A stretch of 63,478 bases of DNA, counting the filler. It is 6 parts of 6 records of this genome, joined end to end, with 100 filler letters (N's around TTAATTAATTAA, not from the genome) between each part and the next. Parts side by side here need not be neighbours in the genome. Positions count along the whole stretch, not along the records: positions 29,637 to 42,903 come from SRR20825006_1878; 5 more parts are not named here. The stretch is one strand, 5' to 3'. Positions 31,566 to 42,700 of the stretch are shown here, in pieces; within the stretch, counting starts at the first letter, position 1; each line of letters starts with the position of its first letter. A model generated the notes under the pieces. That model made no database searches. It had not been told where the DNA came from and worked only from the letters and a program-made list of their open reading frames with translations. The position numbers and the translations under genes are program-made.

Positions 31566-33218
31566 TCATGAGGGGAGCGCGCTCGCGCGGTAGAAGTCGA
31601 TCTCGATCTCGCGCGCATTTCCCCTGTCGAAGGGGCGCCATCGGGATGCGCGCGCGCGCGATCGGATCTCCTGCGCTGTGTTTCTGTCCGCGAGCAATTG
31701 TTTATAGAGGCTCTTTGCCGCGAGCCGCTGTCCTTTCATATCGAGCGCCCACGCCAGGTAGAGCACGACCTCTGCGCGCCGGTTGCCATCCTCCACGCGA
31801 AGCTCCATGGCGCGCCGGAGCGCGCCATGCGCGCGCTCCTCGCGGTTGCTCTTTATCGCGAGTAATCCGGTCAAGATCTGGAGGTCGGGGTCCTCGGGCA
31901 TGTGCGCGAGCGCGTGCTCGATCTTGATCAGCGTGTGCTCGGCGCTCTCCCCTTCGAGGTGACGCCAGCACGCCTGCCTGTAGAGTTCGAACGCCTTGCC
32001 GTGCGCGCTCGCTGGCCAGTCAGGGTCCACGCAGAACGGCGCGAGCTCGAGGTCAGGCCCACCATCGCTGCGGTCGGTCAATGTGATGGGGACAAACCAA
32101 CCTCTCGGCGTCGGCGTCGAGCCTGCAGCGATCCAGACCCTCCTGGCGGCGGGTTCGAAAATCACCGCGCCGATGGTGGTCACGCCCGCGGCGGCAGGAT
32201 CGAGCAGCGAGAGCTTTTTCGACGCCGCCTCGTCACGTTTGTCGCCGTATGCGAGCCACGCCGCGATCTGCTCGCGCGAGGATGGTGCGTGTTTCTCGAG
32301 CGAGAGGAGCTGGCGCTGTTGGTGGTGCGGCGAGATCTCGAAGCGCATCGCGCGCCCGGTGTCTCCTTCCGTGAGCGTGTATCGCCAACCTCCCACCGGA
32401 GGGTGGTCGCGCAAGATGGCGATGGCGGCCTCGATGTCTGTCGCGCCCCGCATGGCCGCTTCTGTGGCGACGCCAAAGGGGACGCCGTCGAGGTTTAACG
32501 CGATGCCCGCGAGCGGTTTCGCCGCGATGGTCAGCCCTGCGGCGTTCATTGCGAGCGCGCCGGCGCCCAGGAACCCGGCCGATGCGATCGCCACGTACGA
32601 GAGCCCATCGTCGGGGTGGTAGATGGTGGCGGTGGTGTAGCGCTCCCACAGGTTGCCACCTGCAAAGTCCAGGTTTCTGCCATGGAGGACGCCGCCATCC
32701 TTATCCATGCGCACGATCTGAGCGCACTGGGTCGGGCCGATGGCGACGCGCAGTGGATACTTCGCGCGCGCCCTCGACCACGCGAGCTCGACGCTCGCCA
32801 GGGTCTCGGGCAGGAGGTGCGCGTCGAGGATCTCTCGTTCCTCCATGCCAAGCTCGCGCGCGAGTTCAGCGAGCGCGCGCCGATAGGACGTCGGGAGCCT
32901 GCGCGCCATGCGGCGCGTGACCAGTTGGCGTGTCGTGCGCGAGAGCGTCTGGCGCAAGAACCGCGCTGGCGTCTTCGCCAACGCCGCGCTCACGAACTGC
33001 GCGTAGAAGGGGAGGGCTCCTCTTCTGCTCGCCTCGGCGGTGCGCTGGCCAAGTTGCCTGGCGCACGCCTCGATATCCCCTCTGAGGTTCAGGTAGCGAA
33101 GATCGCCTGCTGCGGTCGTGATGCGGCCTGGTTGGGCGCTCGACTCGGGGAAGATGCTTCCGATGAACGGCGCCTCGTCGGCCACGGGCCAGGTCATTGC
33201 CTGGTTTTCATCGGGCAT
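31566..33218 (-). CDS. C45-family (Ntn-hydrolase) peptidase/acyltransferase-like protein with C-terminal TPR
   Basis: TQC putative autocleavage Cys followed by LHGRNLDF and MNAAGLTI; helical TPR-like C-terminus. Confidence 0.68.
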   Translation of the reverse strand: MPDENQAMTWPVADEAPFIGSIFPESSAQPGRITTAAGDLRYLNLRGDIEACARQLGQRTAEASRRGALPFYAQFVSAALAKTPARFLRQTLSRTTRQLVTRRMARRLPTSYRRALAELARELGMEEREILDAHLLPETLASVELAWSRARAKYPLRVAIGPTQCAQIVRMDKDGGVLHGRNLDFAGGNLWERYTTATIYHPDDGLSYVAIASAGFLGAGALAMNAAGLTIAAKPLAGIALNLDGVPFGVATEAAMRGATDIEAAIAILRDHPPVGGWRYTLTEGDTGRAMRFEISPHHQQRQLLSLEKHAPSSREQIAAWLAYGDKRDEAASKKLSLLDPAAAGVTTIGAVIFEPAARRVWIAAGSTPTPRGWFVPITLTDRSDGGPDLELAPFCVDPDWPASAHGKAFELYRQACWRHLEGESAEHTLIKIEHALAHMPEDPDLQILTGLLAIKSNREERAHGALRRAMELRVEDGNRRAEVVLYLAWALDMKGQRLAAKSLYKQLLADRNTAQEIRSRARASRWRPFDRGNAREIEIDFYRASALPS

Positions 33219-33761
33219 GCGCGTGCTCCTGCGTGAACAGTCAGCGCGAACAAGGCGATGCTCTCTTTGTTCGCGAAGCGATGATGGTGATCCTCGACAC
33301 CACTTGCATAGCAGATCGCCCGCGCATGCAGCAACCGCGGGCGTGCTCGAGTGAGGCTATAGATGCGCGAACATCCCATCAGAGGTGCGCGCTCAGTATA
33401 CGAATACTCGCGAGCGCGCGCTCACGGTCGCGTCGAGCATTGGCCTCGCGAGATTCTCGCGGGAGATCTTCTCGAGGAGGGCTCGAAACGTGTCGATACG
33501 GGCGTGGAGAACCCTCGGATTTCAGGCTCCTGAGCGGTGTGTTCAGGGGGGCATCCCTTGCAAATTACACGGTGTTCTTCTAGGGTCTCCGATTGGGTGT
33601 AAATCGAGCAATAGCAGGCGTTTCTGCCTGATGGCGCTCTGCCAAATAAGGTTATTTGGTGGAGTTGCTCGAAAGTATGTATGGGGGTGATTCGTATCGT
33701 TTCTTAAATGCGTTGTGAGTCACCTTCTTCGTTTCACGTTTGTTCGCGGGAGAACCAAAAA

Positions 33762-36700
33762 ATGAAAGAATCCTCTAGACACCAAACATCCGCCCAGGCG
33801 GTGTTTGCGGAGGCGAGCGGTGAGGTGTGGAGCCTCGCCAGAAGGCTCGCTTTCGGTGTCGCGCTCCTTTCTATCAGCGCCTTCATATCGGCGTGTGGTG
33901 GTTGCGGAGGTGACAACAACGATACGCCAGATGCATGTGAAGGTGTCACATGCGAGCGCGGCGTCTGTAGCGCGGAGAATGACGGGGTTTGCGTCAACGC
34001 GGACGACTGTTCAGCGGACGCGAACCTCTGTTTGGAAGGGTTCGAGTGTCGCGACGGCAGCTGCCAGACCGACTACCCTTGCAACGACGTCGACAACCCC
34101 TGTGATCGGGGCACCTGCCAGGTTGGCGCATGCGTCAATACGGAGTCGTGCTCGATCGAGGCGGACTGCCTGCCCGGCTACGTCTGTGATGGCGGCGCCT
34201 GCGTCGAAGATCCCTGCGAAAGCGGCGAGGTGACCTGTGATCGCGGCGTCTGCTCTTCGGATGAGGCAGCGTGTGTGAACAAGGAGGTTTGCGCGGCTGC
34301 GTCCGAGGGCGAAGATTGCCTCGAGGGTTACAAGTGCTACGCGCAATCGTGTGTCAACAATGATGAGTTCTGCGCGGCGATCGATTGCCAGCGCGGCATC
34401 TGCTCGTTCGACGAGAAGGCTTGCGTGAGCGCGCCTGATTGTAGCGATGAGAATGGCGATCCTGACGATGGCCTCTGCCTCGCTGGCGAGTACTGCAACG
34501 CGGACAACACCTGCGTGGCAAACGAGTGCGAGATCGGCTCGGTGATGTGTCCTCGCGGCGAGTGCGACCGCGACTCCGGCGAGTGCGTCAACCCCGGCGC
34601 CTGTGATGCATCGCAAGACTGCCTCCCGATGTTCCTCTGCGTGGACAACGTCTGTACGCCAGAAGCCGAGGCTTGTGGCGTCGAGGGATGTCCTGGCAAC
34701 CAGGTCTGCTTCCACGAAGAGATCACGCTCGAGGCGAGCTGCATCGAGGACGTCAACAGCGGCTGCACGAATGCCTTTGACTGTGTCGACGACCGCATCT
34801 GTGTCAATGGCGCCTGCTCACCTCCTCCCGCGTGTGAGCCAGACGCTTACGAGATGAACAATGACGAGATGTCGGCGACGCTCTTCCAGGACGTCGCGCC
34901 GCTCGGGTTCGTGAACGTCAACCTGTGCAGCAACGACGTGGACGTCTACACCTATGACACCGAGCGTGACATCGACGGCATCGGCAAGCTCGTCGTGCAG
35001 CTCGATTACGCCCCCGAAGATATCGGCTTGGGCATCCTCAAGGCAGAGATTCTCTCGCCAAACGGGATGGTCGTCGCTCAGGGTGAGGCCGTCGATGGCC
35101 GCCTCGACCTGAACACCGATGTCACCATCGTCAACAAGGGCGTCTACACTGTGCGCGTCTCCCCCGGAGCATCGGGCGTGACGACAGCAGGTGTGCGCTA
35201 CAGGCTCTCGATCGACGTCGTCGACACGACCGCCATCGACGCCTGCGATATCGCAGATACGGACGCGCCGCTCGCGGCCGACACGATGGTCATGAGCAAC
35301 ACGGTCTCGGGTAACTCGGCGGCGCTCGCGTCGACCTGTGCAGACCCAGACGGCCTTGTCGCAGAGGATATCTACCGCATCGAGGTCCCCACCGCGTCGT
35401 ATGTGACGATCACGGCGACCCCGTCGGATATGGCCTCGGATATCTCCGTGAGCCTTCGCTCGAACTGCTTGCGCAACACCTCACAAGTCCCCGGCTCCTG
35501 TTCGGAGCAGGGCGGCGCTGGCGTCGAGGAGAGCTCCAACGCGCTGCTCTCACCTGGCACCTATTACATCGTCGTCCAGGGCCCCGCTGAGGGGGCCGGC
35601 GGATCTTATAGCCTCGTCTGGTCGCGTCAGGATGTCGTGTGTACGTCTGCTGACAATGGTTGTCAGGACGCCAACACCGCGCAGGTTTGTCGCCCCGACG
35701 GCACGGGCTTCGACACGGAGAACTGTCTCCAGGGCTGCAACATGATGCAGGGCGCGTGTAATCGCCTCGATGGCGACCTGTGCTCGACGGCGACGACGGT
35801 CGATCCTGTGACGGGTTACACCGGCATGATTCCCTGGGGGAGCTACCGCTCCGACTACGATCCTGGCGTGGGTGGTTGCGTGATCACCAGCGACGCAGGG
35901 CAGACCCCGACGGATGGCCCCGATGTGACCTACTCGGTCACGTTGCAGCCAAACCAGGGCGTGGTCGTCGACCTCACCTCGAACGGCAACGACGTCAGCC
36001 TCTACGCTGTGACCGATTGCTTCGACGTGACCTCGACCTGTCAGGTTGGCGCCAACGCCAACGACGCGGCGTCGAACAACGACGAGTTCCTCTTCTACGC
36101 CAACCAGGGCGCCACCGCCGAGACGATCCTTCTCGTCGCTGATGTCGCCGCGAGCGCGGACGGCACCTACACCGACTCGGCGATCACCATCTCGGTCAAC
36201 GACATCATCTGTACGCCTGGCGAGGTTAGCTGTAGCGCGGCCGACGAGAGCCAGCAGTGTGATCCGACCGGTACCGGTTATGATGTCCTCGAGGCGTGTC
36301 AGTTTGGCTGTGATGCGAACAGCGGCCTCTGCCTGACGCCTCCAAACGACACCTGCTCGGGCGCGATCGCGCTCACCTCGGGCGTGCCTGCCATGGCCGA
36401 GCTCGGGGATTACTCGAACACCGATGAACTTAGCAGCAGCGACTGCACGGGCTTCTCCACCCCTGGCGGCGACGCGATTTACACGATCGCGGTCCAGGAG
36501 AATGACATCGTCGATGTCCTCTTGACCGCACCGTTCGATGGCGCGGTCTGGGTCGCGACGACCTGTGATCCTGCCAACGATACGCTGGTCGGTTCCTGCA
36601 TCGGCGGCGCCGATGAGAACTTCACCGGCGGCGACGAGCAAGTCCAGGTGGTCGCGCCGTTCACGGGCGATCTCTACGTGGTCGCGACCTCGTTCTCGGC

Positions 36701-39700
36701 GTCCGGCTCCGGCGTGTTCTCGCTGACGGCGACCGTGACCACCCCCGAGTGTACGCGCGGCCAGCCCGCGACCTGTAGCTCGGGCACCACGCTCGAGTAC
36801 TGCGACAACATCGGCTTCTTGCAGAACTACACCTGCTCGACGACATGCACCAACGGCGCATGCGACGATCCCATCGGTGACATCTGCCCCGATCCCAAGG
36901 TGCTCGATCCTCTCGGCGGCTCGATCGTTGGCGACACGTTCGGTGGCACCAACAGCATCGAGTTCCCCGAGGGTGTCTCTGGCAACTGCTACGTCGGCTC
37001 GTTCGATGAGACCGACGGCGACGAGAACATCTACAGCATCGACCTCGCTGCTGGAGACCTCTTCTCGCTCGATGTGGACTCTCCCGAGACCACCATCAAC
37101 GCCTTCGTGCTCGAGAACTGCTACGAGCTCGATTCGTGCCAGAAGAACTTCCTGAGCGAGGGTCCAAACTCGCTCGAGTTCTACGCGCAGACGGCGGGGA
37201 CGTACTTTGTCGTGATCGACACCTCGGACAACTCGAGCTCGGATCCCTACGACCTGACCTGGTCGGTGACCTCCGGGTTGGTGTGTGCTCCTGGGCAGAC
37301 CTACTGCCAGGACGCGACGACGATGGCCAAGTGTGATGACGCTGGTTCCAGCGCGCTGTTCACGACCACGTGCGCCAATGGCTGCCAGGCTGGCTACTGT
37401 CTGCCTGACCTCACGACGACCGACACGTGTTCGGCGGCGTCGATGGCCACGGACGTCGGCCAGGGCATCTCGGCGGTCTTTAGCTACGATGACCTGACCA
37501 ACGACGTCGAGATGCAGACGCCAAACTGCGTCGGTCAACTCACCGATGGTCCTGACGCCTTCTACAAGGTGACGCTCCAGCCGACCGAGATCCTCCAGGC
37601 GAGCGTCATCTCGATCTACGAGTTCGACGATCCTCAGGTGTACGCGTTCACTGACTGCGCCGACCCTGTCGGTACGTGTGTGGCGGGCGCGCCTGAGCTC
37701 GGCGGGGATAACACCTCCGAGATCCAGTGGGCGAACGACACGGGCGCCCCAGTCACGCTTATCGTGGCCGCGGACAACGAGTCGAGCTTTGCGGACGAGC
37801 CCTTCATCTTCAACATCGCGGTGCGCACTCCCGAGTGTGTGCCTGGCGAGCGTACGTGTCAGCCAACCCCTGGCATCAACGACCAGCTCCGCCTCTGCAA
37901 TGATGTCGGCCTCTACGACATCTACACCTGCGATGGCGCGTGTGGGACCAACGCTCCGGGAACCTGTGATTCTCCGAGCGGTGAGATCTGCTTCGACCCG
38001 ATCCCTCTGCGCGACCCGGCTCAACCCGGCGCGACGAGCGGCGAGTTTGTCGACCAGTCCTTCCTGACTGGCGACGACGTGACGCTGCTCGAGGGACGCA
38101 CGGGAAGCTGCAACATCGACACCGCTGACCAGTCCGATGGTCCAGATACCTTCTACACGATCTCGCTCGCTGCGGGTGATGTCTTGACGGCAGACCTGAT
38201 CACGACCGAGACGACCGCGTACGTGATGATCCTCGAGGATTGCTCCGCGGATTCGTGCGTCGCCAACAACGTCAACCCTGGCGCTGCCTCGGTGACGTAC
38301 TACGCTGATGCACCTCGCGATGTGTTTGTCGTGGTCGACTCGACCACGACCACCTCGCTCGATCCATACACCTTGCGTTGGAACGTCCAGAGCGGCCTCG
38401 CGTGTGCTCCCGGCCAGTTCCGCTGTATTGATGCCACGACGCTCGGCGCGTGCTCCAATGATGGCCTGACGGAAGCATCCGTCACCTGTCCTGGCGCATG
38501 TGATGGCAACACCTGCGTCGCAGATCCGCTGACGGGCGACACCTGTACGGCAGCCTCGGCAGCACCTGCTGTGACGGGCTCCTACTCGACCTATGCGAGC
38601 TACGATGACCTGACCAATGACATCGACATGCCATCGTCGAGCTGTGCAGGACAACAAACCGATGGCCCTGACCTCTTCGTTCCTGTCGAGGTCCAGGCTG
38701 GCCAGATCCTCTCGGCGCGCGTCGAGTCGTTCGGAGACGAGCCTCCGATCGTCTTCATGGTGACGGATTGTGCTGCCCCCGAGACGAGCTGCGTCGCTGG
38801 CGGCGAAGAGCTCGGCACGAGCAACGTCGCGACGGCGACCTGGGTCAACGACACGGGCGCTCCTGCGACCGTGCTCGTCGCTGCGGATAACGAGTTCTCG
38901 ACCGCAGACGAGCCCTTCGGTCTGTTCATCAGCCTGCGCTCGCCAGAGTGTACGCCTGGCGCTCGCCAGTGCGTGCCAAACTCGAGCACGTTGCAGATCT
39001 GTAACGAGTTCGGACTCTACGACAACTACACCTGTAACGGTGGTTGCGGAAACCTGAACCAGGGCCGCTGTGACAACCCCACGGGTGATGTCTGCGCGGA
39101 CGCGTTCGTGATGACCTACCCGAGCGGGTCGGTCGTCGACGCGGCGTTCGAGGGCTCGAACAGCTTCGAGCTTGGCCAGGGCGCGACGGGCGGTTGCTTC
39201 ATCGACGACTTCGATGAGAACGACGGCCCCGACACGCACTACAGCATCGATCTGCAAGCGGGCGATGTCCTGGATGTGACGTTGACCACGGCGCACACGG
39301 CGGCGCACCTCTTCCTCTCGGAAGGGTGCTCGCCGACGTCCTGTGTCGATAACCTGTGGCAGCAAGGTAGCGGCACGCTCAGCTACTACGCGCCTCAGGC
39401 GACCACGGTGTATGTCGCCGTGGACACCGACTTCACCTCTGCCGTCAGCGAGCCCTACACGCTCGAGTGGAACGTGCGCACCGGCCTCGCCTGTGTGCCC
39501 GGCGAGTCGCGTTGTACTGGCCCGAATATGCTCGGCGTCTGCTCGAACGATGGCAGCTCCGAGTCCATGGTCACCTGCCCAGGCGCTTGCGAAGGCAAGG
39601 CGTGTGTCGCAGATGCTGTGGCCAATGACATCTGCGCGACGGTCGCCGCAGGTCCAGACATCGGCGCGGGCATCTCTGTCTCGTCGAACTTCGACCTGCT

Positions 39701-42700
39701 GACCAACGATGTGCAGATGGCGACGCCAAACTGCACCGGCCAGATTACCGACGGCCCTGACCTCTTCTACAAGGTCACCGTCCAACCTGGTGAAGTCCTC
39801 GTGGCGAGCCTCGAGTCCTATGGCGACGAGGATCCGCTGTTGTACGCGATCGAGGATTGCGCCGCCGCTGAAGCGACCTGCCTGGCGGGCGCTCAGGAGG
39901 TCGGAAGCACGAACTACAACGAGATCCTCTGGGCGAACGACACCGGCATGCCGAAGTCGCTTATCGTCGGCGCGGACTCCGAGCTGAGCACGGCGAACGA
40001 GGTCTTCGGGCTCTCCATCGCAGTGCGTCCTCCCGAGTGTACTCCTGGCCAGCAGGAGTGCGGCGGCGACTCGCTCAAGCTCTGCAACGAGTTCAGCCTG
40101 TTCGACATCTACCAGTGTGATGGTGGCTGCGGGAACTTGCAGCCAGGTCGCTGTGACAACCCCACGGGCGATGTCTGCATCGACGCGCTCACGCTAACCT
40201 ACCCGAGCGGCTCGATCGTCGATTCGCAGTTCGAGGGCAACAACACCTACCAACTCCCAGAAGGGCGCACGGGTGGTTGCTTCATCGACAGCTTCGATGA
40301 GAACGATGGCCCTGACACCTTCTACCGCATCGACCTCCAGGCCAATGACGTCGTGGACGTCAAGCTGACCACCAACCACCCGGAAGCCTACCTCTTCCTC
40401 CTGGAAGGGTGTGGCGCGGCCGCGGATTGTCGCGACAACCTGTGGCAGCAAGGAAGTGGCACGCTCACTTACTACGCACCTCAGGCGACCTCGCTTCTGG
40501 TCGCGGTGGATACGGATGATGCGTCACCTTCGGATACGGACCTCTACACGCTCGAGTGGAGCGTGCGCACGGGTCTCAACTGTGCTCCGAGCGGCTACCG
40601 CTGCCTGGACGCGACGACGCTCGGCATCTGCTCGCCGGATGGCGCCGTCGAGACGCCCGTGACCTGTTCGGTCGGCTGCGAAGCTGGCGGTTGCGTCGAA
40701 GATGCGATGGCCAACGACGACTGCTCGTTGGTCGCTGGTGGCACAGACATCGGCGCTGGCATCGCTGTCTACACGACCTTCGACGGTCGCACCGACAGCG
40801 TCGATATGCCGACGCCAAACTGCACCGGTCAGGTCACCGATGGTCCCGACTTCTTCTACAAGGTCAACGTGCCCGCCGGGAACGTCCTCCACGCCTACGT
40901 CGAGTCGTACGGTGACGAGGACCCACTGGTCTACGGCATCACGGACTGCAACACCCCCGATGCGACCTGCGTCGGCGGTGGGCAGGAGTTTGGCTCGACC
41001 AACCGCTCCGAGTTCTACTGGGTCAACGACACGGGCCTCACCGCCACGATCATCGTGGGCGCGGACTCCGAGTCGACGACAGCAGACGAGCCTGTCGGCT
41101 TGTTCATCGAGAACCTCCAGCCTCAGTGCACCGCTGGCGCGGTGAACTGTAACGCGGGGCAGCTCGAGATCTGCAACCAGTTCGGTCTCTACGACTACTA
41201 CGCCTGCGATGGCGGTCAGTGTAACGCGACCAACGACGCCTGCCTCAACCCGAGGGGTGATGTCTGCGCGGACGCGGTCACGCTCATCGACGCCAACGGC
41301 GTGGGTGGCCCGAGCGGTTCGGTCACCGGTGACTTCACCGGCACCAACACGGTGGTCTTCCCCTCGGGACGTTCTGCTGCATGTCACGTCGATTCGTTCG
41401 ACGAGTCTGACGACGCAGACACGTTCTACCGCGTCGAGCTCAAGGCCAACGATGTGCTGCGAGCACAGCTCGTGACCGGCAACTCCGGCGCGCACATCTA
41501 CCTGACGACCACATGCGGTGACGCGAGCACCTGCCTTGCCAACGACTTCAACCTCGGCGGCGGCACGATCTCGTACTTCTCTTCTGTGGATCAGACGGTG
41601 TTCATCGGCATCGACTCCTCGGTGGCTTCGACGGCGGACTACACGCTCAACTACGAGGTCACAAACGGCCTCGCGTGTGCGCCGAACCAGTTCACCTGTA
41701 AGGATGCGATGAACCTGAGCAAGTGCTCGGCGGACGGTCTCACCGAGACGGTCGTGCCTTGCAACTGCGTCGACGGCGCATGCGTCGATGATGTGGCAAA
41801 CAACGACACCTGCGCAGCAGCAGTGGCGGCTCCGCTCGTCGGCGATGCGTACGCGATGTTTGGCACCTTCGATGACCACACCGATGACATCCAGATGGCG
41901 ACGCCAAACTGCACCAACAACCTGACCGATGGTCCTGACGCGTTCGTGCGCGTCGAGCTCGCGCCAAACGAGATCCTCCACGCATGGGTCGACTCGTTCG
42001 GTGATGAAGGCCCGCTCGTCTACGCATTCTCCGATTGCGCTGATGCAGAGAACTCCTGTGTGGCGGGCGCTTCCGAGAGCGGAAGCACCGACCGCGCAGA
42101 GCTCTACCACGTCAACAACACGGGCGCGCCGCTCACGTTGTTCGTCGCGGCAGACTCGACCTTCTCGACCGCGGACGAGCCCTTCGGCTTGTTCGTCGAG
42201 AAGCTCCAGCCTCAGTGCGTGGCCAACACCTCGCAGTGTGGCGCCGACGGCTCGACGCTCGAGATCTGCAACGAGTTCGGGGTCTACGAGTACTACACGT
42301 GTAATGGCGCCTGTGACCCTCAGACGGGTTTCTGCGCCAACCCCACGGGTGATATCTGCCTCGACACGATCAAGGTCAACGACGTGGCAGCTGGCACGAC
42401 GATGACGCCTCAGACCTACAGCTACACGGGCATCCTGTTCAGCTCGCTTACCAACTCTCAAACGTTGGATAACGCGAACGGCTGTACATCGTTCGATGGC
42501 GCTAATGGTCCTGACGCGATCTTCCAGGTCACCCTGTTGCCGAACCAGACCGTGGATGTCAGCCAGACCTCGTTGAACGAGGACAGCGTCGTCTACATTC
42601 TCACCGACTGTGGCGATGGCGGCGCATCCTGCGTCGACGGCGGCGATGACACCTTCACCGGTGGCACCGAGACGGCGACCTACACCAACACCACTGGCAT

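Noticed and set aside
35550-39785. 1411-aa antisense ORF (also 40524-42461, 10257-11876, 25964-27919, 19146-20804)
   Set aside because: Shadow ORFs opposite well-supported genes, expected from high-GC codon bias; no recognisable motifs
36870-42340. Kilobase repeats as a diversity-generating retroelement or assembly artefact
   Set aside because: Copies are diverged throughout, not only at adenines; no reverse transcriptase seen; the frame is intact
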